This document shows positions 54,191 to 61,300 of a stretch of DNA of 64,000 nucleotides, one piece after another. Position numbers and translations under genes: made by a program. This DNA is from Amoebidium appalachense (taxonomy: Eukaryota; Protista; Ichthyosporea), in assembly GCA_963693365.1 (NCBI GenBank), contig CAVNZM010000001.1:15300418-15364417 (forward strand). The letters run 5' to 3'. The notes beneath the pieces are model-generated. The model worked only from the letters and a program-made list of their open reading frames with translations. It ran no database searches and was not told the origin of the DNA. Every line of letters begins with the position of its first letter. Position 1 is the stretch's first letter.

Positions 54191-57115
54191 CCCCTGTGCC
54201 ATCATAATTGCTTCCTTCTGATAGCCGGCACCACCGAGTGCAGAAAGGGAGGGCAGGCCGGCTTGACTGAGTGCAGAAATTTGTGCACATTTCAAGCGGT
54301 CTGGATCGAAAATGTGTGTGAATTCGAGTGCATCGCCCCAATCAACAAACACTTCGGCTGGTTGCGAGCTAAGCTCGGATAAATCTGCTGTGAGAACCTC
54401 TTGTAATTCCTTTTTCACATCCCACCTTTCCAGTGTTATGTTTTCGTTCTCATGCAGAATATATCCTATACGGCTTAACCCATCAGCATCGTGCATGGTA
54501 GGGCCAGGACGGTAGTATAGATCGAAATCATACTCCTGCATTTCCAAAGCCCACCGTTGCATCCGTTCGTTTGCTATCCGTTTGACACCTTTAAGAGAAA
54601 GACAGGGCTTATGGTCACTTTCCACAATTGTATTTACTCGACCATACACGTACACCCTAAACTCTTTCAGTGCCCAATAGATTGCATGCGTTTCTCGTTC
54701 GATGTTGCTCCACCTACGTTCGGTAGGTTGAAACATCCGGGAGGCATATGCCACCGTGCGGAACTTCCCATCATTTTGTTTTTGATACAGGCAAGCCCCT
54801 TCCGAGAACCGACTAGCATCACAACGAATAAGAAACTGACCCCCCGTGGGGGAAAGATCGGGCAGGGCAAGCACTTCCTCCGATAACGCCGATTTTAAAT
54901 CTTTAAACGAGCGATCTAATTCGTCCGTCCATTTTAACCGTCGGTGTTTTTCTCCGTAACACTCGGCATTCATGGGTCGGGCTCGCTCTGCATAATTTAA
55001 AATGTGGCGGCGGAGATAGGAAGTAATACCCAGAAAACCCCGGAGTTGGTGTAGTGTGTTTGGTACCGGCCAATCTTTTACTGCCTGAACCTTTTTCGGG
55101 TCGGGCCGAATGCCATTCACACCTACAATCCAACCCAAAAACGGTATTTCCGTTAGCCCAATGTATGTCTTTGCCCCATCGAGCTTAACACCATATTCAC
55201 CAAGACGGGTGAAAAGTCGGTCAAGCTTCTGTATTAATTCTTGTTCGGTGTGTGCACCCACAGCTAAATCATCGGCATATATCACCACGTCATCGGCCAG
55301 AGGGGCCAAAATCTGTGTCATGATAGATGCTAGCTGGGACGGGGAAGTACTGAGCCCCTGTGGTGCCACACAATAACGATACTGCACACCAGCCACAGAA
55401 AATCCTGTTTTTTCACGTGACTCAGCGTCTAGCAGTATTTGGTAAAAGGCACCCGACATATCAGCTTTACAGAAATACTTATACCCAGCCAACTTCTCTA
55501 TTTGTTGTTGCAAGTTGGGCATGGGCCAGGCAGATTTTCGAATTTGCTTGTTAAGAGCACGAAAATCAGTCAGCAGACGGTATTTTCCGTTTGGTTTTCG
55601 TATTACGAAGGTGGGTGAATTATACTGACTGTGTGCTTGTTCCATCTGCCCTCTACGACACATATCCTCCACGATCTCCTTTGCAGCCTGCTCTTTCACT
55701 TGTTCCAACCTCCACTGTTTTAATCGAATCGGTGGGTTATCTCCCGTGTCTATGTGCATGGTGAATCCTTTAATCTGAGGAAATTCGTCGGGGTCCGTAG
55801 TGATGAAGCAACGAGAGTGTGCTTCTAATAGTTTCTTGACATCCGGAAGCATACTCTGAGGCACCCTATTCCAATCAAAACCGTGGGGAGCCTGGCCGGC
55901 ATCGTGTGCACCCCCACCCGAAATTTCCGAAATTTTTCGCGGGGGGGGTTTTTCATGATCAACGGCACACATTGATTGGTCGATCGGTGAGTGTATCGGA
56001 CCGCCTCGTGTCCCACTCACATGCCCTTCGTGCCCACACATGTTATCGGTAGGCACCCGGCCCGGTGGCACGGCCGGAGGTGAATTGGGTAGGCAACCTT
56101 CTCCACCCCCCGTTGCCCACCTGATGCACTGCGCTATTGCACCAACGACGGTTTGTGTACGACTGGGGTGGGGTTCGGCTTGCAAAACACTCAGTTCGTG
56201 TATGTACTCATGTCGGCTCGTAGGAACGAAATGACCGATGGTACCGAACACGTTCAAATCCGGACCCACACCATTTTCGCACACAACAGCAATAGATTTA
56301 TCCACACTAAGTTCACAGATGGTGGGGGGGAACTTATCTCGAAATTCACGAGTAGGCTCGAAGATACCGAGGGTGCCAGCAGCAGCAGCAGCAGCAGTCA
56401 CCTGCACCGTTGCACGTAATACACATCCAAAGCCAGATTTGACGGTGGTGTCGTGCTTGACGGTAACAGGACACATTGTGTAGGGGGTGTGCAAAGATGA
56501 CGTCGGCACCACCATCCCCGACACCAGTGTTAGTGAGTGTGCTTGATGATTAGTGGTGGCAATGTGTTTGTTGGCAAAATCGTTCCCAATAATCATGTCA
56601 TGCTTAATATTTTTAATTACTAAGCAAGGCCACATGAATGTTTGAGAACCGAGGCATAACGGGAGCATCACTTCACCACTCACAGCTAGAGCTTTATCGT
56701 TTTTTCTTACAGAAGTAACAATAACATCCGAGGGTTGCAAAGTAAACTCCTGCATGTGTCGGGAAAAAACAGCTTCACTAACCACCGTGAATGATGCCCC
56801 AGTGTCAAACAATGCAAAGTATTTTTCATTACTCAACGTAACATTAACATAGATACGTCTTCCTGCATTGCATATGGCACTTATATCGAACACTTTTCTT
56901 ATTCTATCGAGTGTTCGAAGTTTCTTTGTGGGGGGGGATAGGTGTGGGGGGGTGGGGGGTCGGGGGTCGGGGGAAGGGGGCTCGGAGGGGGGAATATCAG
57001 CAGAAGCCGGGGCAGAAGCACATGGTATAGGCACATTTTTAATTACTTTTTCGTGACCCACTGGGTCACAATGTGCAATACATGCCGTATTCGTGCTTCC
57101 AGCACCGGCAATTAC
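54167..57115 (-). CDS. pol: Pol: aspartic protease, reverse transcriptase, RNase H (unit 1), in frame with gag after UAG
   Basis: ALFDTGAS; YRLLTDFRALN; PQGLSTSP; IYADDL; CDAS and SDHKP. The frame is open from immediately after the gag stop codon. Confidence 0.95.
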   Translation of the reverse strand, partial: VIAGAGSTNTACIAHCDPVGHEKVIKNVPIPCASAPASADIPPSEPPSPDPRPPTPPHLSPPTKKLRTLDRIRKVFDISAICNAGRRIYVNVTLSNEKYFALFDTGASFTVVSEAVFSRHMQEFTLQPSDVIVTSVRKNDKALAVSGEVMLPLCLGSQTFMWPCLVIKNIKHDMIIGNDFANKHIATTNHQAHSLTLVSGMVVPTSSLHTPYTMCPVTVKHDTTVKSGFGCVLRATVQVTAAAAAAGTLGIFEPTREFRDKFPPTICELSVDKSIAVVCENGVGPDLNVFGTIGHFVPTSRHEYIHELSVLQAEPHPSRTQTVVGAIAQCIRWATGGGEGCLPNSPPAVPPGRVPTDNMCGHEGHVSGTRGGPIHSPIDQSMCAVDHEKPPPRKISEISGGGAHDAGQAPHGFDWNRVPQSMLPDVKKLLEAHSRCFITTDPDEFPQIKGFTMHIDTGDNPPIRLKQWRLEQVKEQAAKEIVEDMCRRGQMEQAHSQYNSPTFVIRKPNGKYRLLTDFRALNKQIRKSAWPMPNLQQQIEKLAGYKYFCKADMSGAFYQILLDAESREKTGFSVAGVQYRYCVAPQGLSTSPSQLASIMTQILAPLADDVVIYADDLAVGAHTEQELIQKLDRLFTRLGEYGVKLDGAKTYIGLTEIPFLGWIVGVNGIRPDPKKVQAVKDWPVPNTLHQLRGFLGITSYLRRHILNYAERARPMNAECYGEKHRRLKWTDELDRSFKDLKSALSEEVLALPDLSPTGGQFLIRCDASRFSEGACLYQKQNDGKFRTVAYASRMFQPTERRWSNIERETHAIYWALKEFRVYVYGRVNTIVESDHKPCLSLKGVKRIANERMQRWALEMQEYDFDLYYRPGPTMHDADGLSRIGYILHENENITLERWDVKKELQEVLTADLSELSSQPAEVFVDWGDALEFTHIFDPDRLKCAQISALSQAGLPSLSALGGAGYQKEAIMMAQGGTKCVRI

Positions 57116-59014
57116 CTATTTATCACTTTGCTTGCCCTTCTTCTTGGCAGCTCGGGTGGGGCAATCTTTAAAACGATGCCCCGGCTGCTTGCAAGCCCAA
57201 CAATTGGGCCCCCTCTTATCTTTCTTATTTTCCTTAGCCCATTTGCCCCCCCCATTAGATTTACCCTTACCACCAACATTACCCCCACTACCTCCGTGGC
57301 CACCCCCGTGACCACCACCACCACCACCATGCCCCCCACTACCACCACCCATCTCATCTACAGCACCCACATTACGGTTACATTTTAAATTGTGAGCACC
57401 CACATCAGCCTCATACCGTCGGATGACACGGCCCATGGCTTGTTTGAGGGTGGTTGCAGCCCGGGCCTCGGAACAAAGGTCCGGGTAGTCGTTGAGGGTA
57501 CGTTGGTAATGATGAAGCACAACCTCGGGCATGTCCTTGAGACCCGAGTTGGAGATGATGCAATTAAATTTCTTGTGGAATGTTTTTATCGAGGCCCGAG
57601 TGTGCATAAAACGAAGCTTGTTCAGCTCGTTAAAATGCTCCTCCTTACGTTCCTTGTCTAAATACTTCTCAAGGAACTTAGCCCAAAAATCGTCGATGCC
57701 GGTGCACGTGGAAAGGTCGACGTTGTCGGCAGCATCTCGGGGGTCCCCGGGGCCCATGCACATACGAATAAACATCAACGTGCGATTTAAGCCCACCAAC
57801 TCCATAATACAAAAGAAAATTAAATGATGTTGGAGTTGTTTGTAGAATTCGTCGATATCGGCATCTGCCTCGAGCATAGGACGGGACTGAATTGCTGCTG
57901 AGGGGATGTGTTGAATCTTTTCCTTCCCCTCCCGGTCGTCACCGTTGCCGTCGTTACCGTCACCGTCATCACCACCGTCACCGTCGTCGCCACCACCATC
58001 ACCACCACCACCACCGGCACCACCAGCACCGTTAGCACCTCCGGCACCATTAGCACCACCGGCACCACCGTCAGCACCACCGTCCGGGGGAGGTGGGGGG
58101 CCACCGCCACCTGCATTACCATCCCCATTTTCGTTGGCAGCAGGAGGGGGGTTGTTATGCCCCCCCCGGCCACCACCACGTCCACCCCTACCACCACGGC
58201 CAGAGTTCTTACGGGGGCCCCGTCCGGCACGAACCCACGAGGGGAGCATGCTTGGATGAAATTTTCGAGGGCCCCGGTTACCATAATAAGTAACCACTAG
58301 GTCGAGCTCACCACGACTAAGAGTCACTAATTGATTGATAAATTCATGTGACTTAGTGATGGGGGAAGACTGCCCTGAAAGGCACGCGTAGTTTTGCCTG
58401 GAAGTGAATACATTCGCGAGGGCGAGTAGTTGTTGGTGGAGCAAGGTGAGTGCCGTCGACGAACGGTACAGTGCCGTGCGCGCTGTACAGCTGGCAAACT
58501 TCGATACCAAAAATGCCAGCAGCACGAACAGAAGGAGACACCCAAGAACGCACCAGCACCAAGCTGCCAGGCTCACGCCCGTCTTGTTGTGCAAATTTGC
58601 ATACTCCGTTAGGGCGCGTATGAGGGCGTCTGGTGCCTCGGCTTGCGTTTGCGTTGACCTCGACATATAGCCCGTGGAGAAGGTCGACTGATGAATGTCG
58701 ATTGTCTTCAGGTGGCAAGTCTTCGGGGTCAAATGATTGGCCGTAGTCGGTTTCCCCTGAATGAAAAGAGAAGCAGTATTGATTGTCGTGTTGCAAGTCG
58801 TGTGAACGGAAGTAGACACGGTCGAGCAACGGAAGGTCTGCTCCAGGAGGGTGCCACGGTGAAGAGCCGGGGGGGGAAAGGGGAACATTATAGCCGAGTT
58901 CTTCCAGGAAAATGATGTCGGCGTTTCTAGCTTCCCCCCCATGCAGGCCACTAGGGCCGGCATTGTTGTCACCAAAGTGGTTAGACATGTTAGGACCCAA
59001 ACAACTAAAAACAT
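57116..59014 (-). CDS. gag: Gag with CCHC zinc knuckle and an N-terminal hydrophobic extension (start at ATG 59014 or 58666)
   Basis: CWACKQPGHRFKDC knuckle, a capsid-like helical region, a Gly-rich linker and the TM-like AAWCWCVLGCLLLFVLLAFLV. Confidence 0.85.
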   Translation of the reverse strand: MFLVVWVLTCLTTLVTTMPALVACMGGKLETPTSFSWKNSAIMFPFPPPALHRGTLLEQTFRCSTVSTSVHTTCNTTINTASLFIQGKPTTANHLTPKTCHLKTIDIHQSTFSTGYMSRSTQTQAEAPDALIRALTEYANLHNKTGVSLAAWCWCVLGCLLLFVLLAFLVSKFASCTARTALYRSSTALTLLHQQLLALANVFTSRQNYACLSGQSSPITKSHEFINQLVTLSRGELDLVVTYYGNRGPRKFHPSMLPSWVRAGRGPRKNSGRGGRGGRGGGRGGHNNPPPAANENGDGNAGGGGPPPPPDGGADGGAGGANGAGGANGAGGAGGGGGDGGGDDGDGGDDGDGNDGNGDDREGKEKIQHIPSAAIQSRPMLEADADIDEFYKQLQHHLIFFCIMELVGLNRTLMFIRMCMGPGDPRDAADNVDLSTCTGIDDFWAKFLEKYLDKERKEEHFNELNKLRFMHTRASIKTFHKKFNCIISNSGLKDMPEVVLHHYQRTLNDYPDLCSEARAATTLKQAMGRVIRRYEADVGAHNLKCNRNVGAVDEMGGGSGGHGGGGGGHGGGHGGSGGNVGGKGKSNGGGKWAKENKKDKRGPNCWACKQPGHRFKDCPTRAAKKKGKQSDK

Positions 59015-59062
59015 AGTACTTGCTTGATACGAGCACACTTGCAGCACAAGAACAGCGCTGCA

Positions 59063-59078
59063 GGGGGTGTAGCTCAGC
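59063..59078 (-). other. Primer-binding site complementary to tRNA-Ala nt 1-16
   Basis: The plus strand reads GGGGGTGTAGCTCAGC, directly abutting the LTR end at 59079. Confidence 0.75.
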
Positions 59079-59691
59079 TGTTGTATAATATGATCGTGTG
59101 TCTGTGACAACCAATATGTTTATAAAATGAACGGGGTTGACTAGACCACGCTTTGCTTAGTTACGTGCTAGTCCTACTTACACCTAGTAAGCCGAGCACA
59201 CTGAGTAAGCTCTGAAGCCCCCGACATGCCCTTATAACGGAGCTCGCACAGCGGCTCAGACATGCGCATCGGTATGTGCTTTTTGGCTACGAGAGCCAAT
59301 CACATACGGTTCACGGTTCTGTCCCATGGCTATCACGGTTCCAATAAACCTATTGAGCCAATCGGGTGACAGTACTTGATTATCGATGCATTCCACAGTC
59401 ATACCTCACGCGGCTACTTGCATATTTTCCCATGATAAAACTATAACTTAACGCTCATGGTTCCTCTGCTACGTGTCGGTCCCATGTGGCTATTATATCT
59501 GTTTTCCCATGAATAATCCTGCAAGTTGCACGTGCACATACGTTTAACTCCATGCTCATGCGCACAAGACTGGGAGGGACATGCATACTGGCCTACCTAA
59601 GATCAAACACAGTGGTATATATACATGTACACGTGTGCGTATATCTCAACCTGTGTACATCCATACTAGATATCCGGTATAATATACCACA
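59079..59691 (-). repeat. Shared LTR (5' LTR of unit 1 / 3' LTR of unit 2)
   Basis: Copy of 51969-52581, with the PBS on one side and the PPT and integrase end on the other. Confidence 0.9.
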
Positions 59692-59731
59692 CGCCCCACC
59701 GTAAAAAGAAGTATGTCGTCCTCGACATACG

Positions 59732-61300
59732 TCACCATGCTCCACACAATGAGTCAATGTATCCGTGGAACGATGCAAGGTCACCTCTGCGTTGGTGGAA
59801 CTCTCGGATCTTGTCCGGGCAGGCTAAGTCTTTCTCAGACTCCCAAGAGGTGAATGAATCATCTTTGCCTGCCCACTTGATCTGGTACCACTTGTAAGGG
59901 GTGGATTGCTTGCGCCGTTTCTGAATTCTTACGTCAAGCACCTTTTCCACCACCCACTCGTCCGGCAGAACCTTGTTGAAGTTGTGACTATCGCCCGTGT
60001 CCGGGAGGTGAGAGAGATCTTGAGGCCGAATTCTATTTTGCTCACTCAATTCAAGCTGAATATCGTCCACGTGCCACTTAGATTTCTTCATAGTTGCTAA
60101 GCTTCGGATCTCGTACGTAACCGGGCCGACCCTTTTGACGATTTCGTAACCCGTAATCCACCGTACATCCCAGGCACCGATATTTTTGGCTTGATTCCGA
60201 ACACGTATCCGTGCACCCTTCTCAAATTCACGAGCCACCGAGGGGCCTGGGGGCTCTCGTACGGCACGTTGCTGGACCACAGCACGGAGCAGAGGCAGAC
60301 GGGCTAGTAACTCTCGCCGGTATGCCTTCCACTCTGGGTCCTTGAGTGCCGGGTGGTTACTGTTAAGAAGGGCAACGTCAGGGAATTGTGTTGCTTCTTG
60401 CCCGTACACAAGATAATACGGTGTACATTGCAAAATTTTGTGTGTTGTTGTGTTGTATGCATGTGTAACCACCGGCAACAGAGTGTCCCAATTAGTGTGC
60501 TCATAATTAACGTACTTTGAGAGTGCATTATTAATAAATCTATGAGACCGTTCATTGGAACCGTTGCTTTGTGGGTGATATGCAGAGGTGCTCACTTGTG
60601 CAATATTTGCTATACGGCAAATCTCAATAATTAGCTCATTGAGAAATTCTGAACCCTGATCACTCAAGAGTGTACGAGGGGGGCCGTGTATATAGCAAAT
60701 TACATTCATGAGTGCATGTGCAACATTAACGGCATGCTTAGATTGGATGGGCACAGTGATTAAATACTTCGTTGCCATATCCATAAACACACAAATGAAA
60801 GTATTACCATTTTTCGTTTCTGTGAACGGACCCATAAGGTCAACAGAAACACGAGAGAACATTTTTAAATTTTCGTATCTCTGTTCAAATGGCCTACTTC
60901 TCAAGTGTGGGTTATCGTTACGGCCTTGGCACTGTGTGCAGGCATTCACATAAGCAGTGATATCTTTGTGCATGCGGGGCCAATAATAATTGTATAATCT
61001 TTCGTAAGTTCGTTCAATGCCAGTATGAGCCCCCCCGTCGTGCACACTTCTTAATAAATCAGCACGAAGGATTTCGGGCACATACAGGCAACGACGACCA
61101 TCCTTAGCCACATGATAAAGCACGTCATCCTCTATCACACACATTTGTGCTATTTTCTTAACCTTTTTGTATCCGAAATACTCAAGATTAAGACCGTGTG
61201 CAGCTCGTTCCCCCCCTGCCTGCCATTCCCGTTTGGCCTCGGCATCGAGGGAGGCAAGCCACCGTAGCCACGTGATTATATCCTTACACATTTTGTCCCC
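59732..61300 (-). CDS. Integrase-chromodomain (unit 2)
   Basis: Same protein as unit 1; the frame extends upstream through DKMCKDIITWLRWL. Confidence 0.92.
   Translation of the reverse strand, partial: GDKMCKDIITWLRWLASLDAEAKREWQAGGERAAHGLNLEYFGYKKVKKIAQMCVIEDDVLYHVAKDGRRCLYVPEILRADLLRSVHDGGAHTGIERTYERLYNYYWPRMHKDITAYVNACTQCQGRNDNPHLRSRPFEQRYENLKMFSRVSVDLMGPFTETKNGNTFICVFMDMATKYLITVPIQSKHAVNVAHALMNVICYIHGPPRTLLSDQGSEFLNELIIEICRIANIAQVSTSAYHPQSNGSNERSHRFINNALSKYVNYEHTNWDTLLPVVTHAYNTTTHKILQCTPYYLVYGQEATQFPDVALLNSNHPALKDPEWKAYRRELLARLPLLRAVVQQRAVREPPGPSVAREFEKGARIRVRNQAKNIGAWDVRWITGYEIVKRVGPVTYEIRSLATMKKSKWHVDDIQLELSEQNRIRPQDLSHLPDTGDSHNFNKVLPDEWVVEKVLDVRIQKRRKQSTPYKWYQIKWAGKDDSFTSWESEKDLACPDKIREFHQRRGDLASFHGYIDSLCGAW

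Noticed and set aside
54095-54200. Apparent programmed frameshift between RNase H and integrase
   Set aside because: The break falls in a G7 run where one more G restores AQGGDKMCKDII. G-GGG-GGG is not a canonical slippery site, and a neighbouring run differs between the two copies, so homopolymer error is likelier. Accurate reads would settle it.
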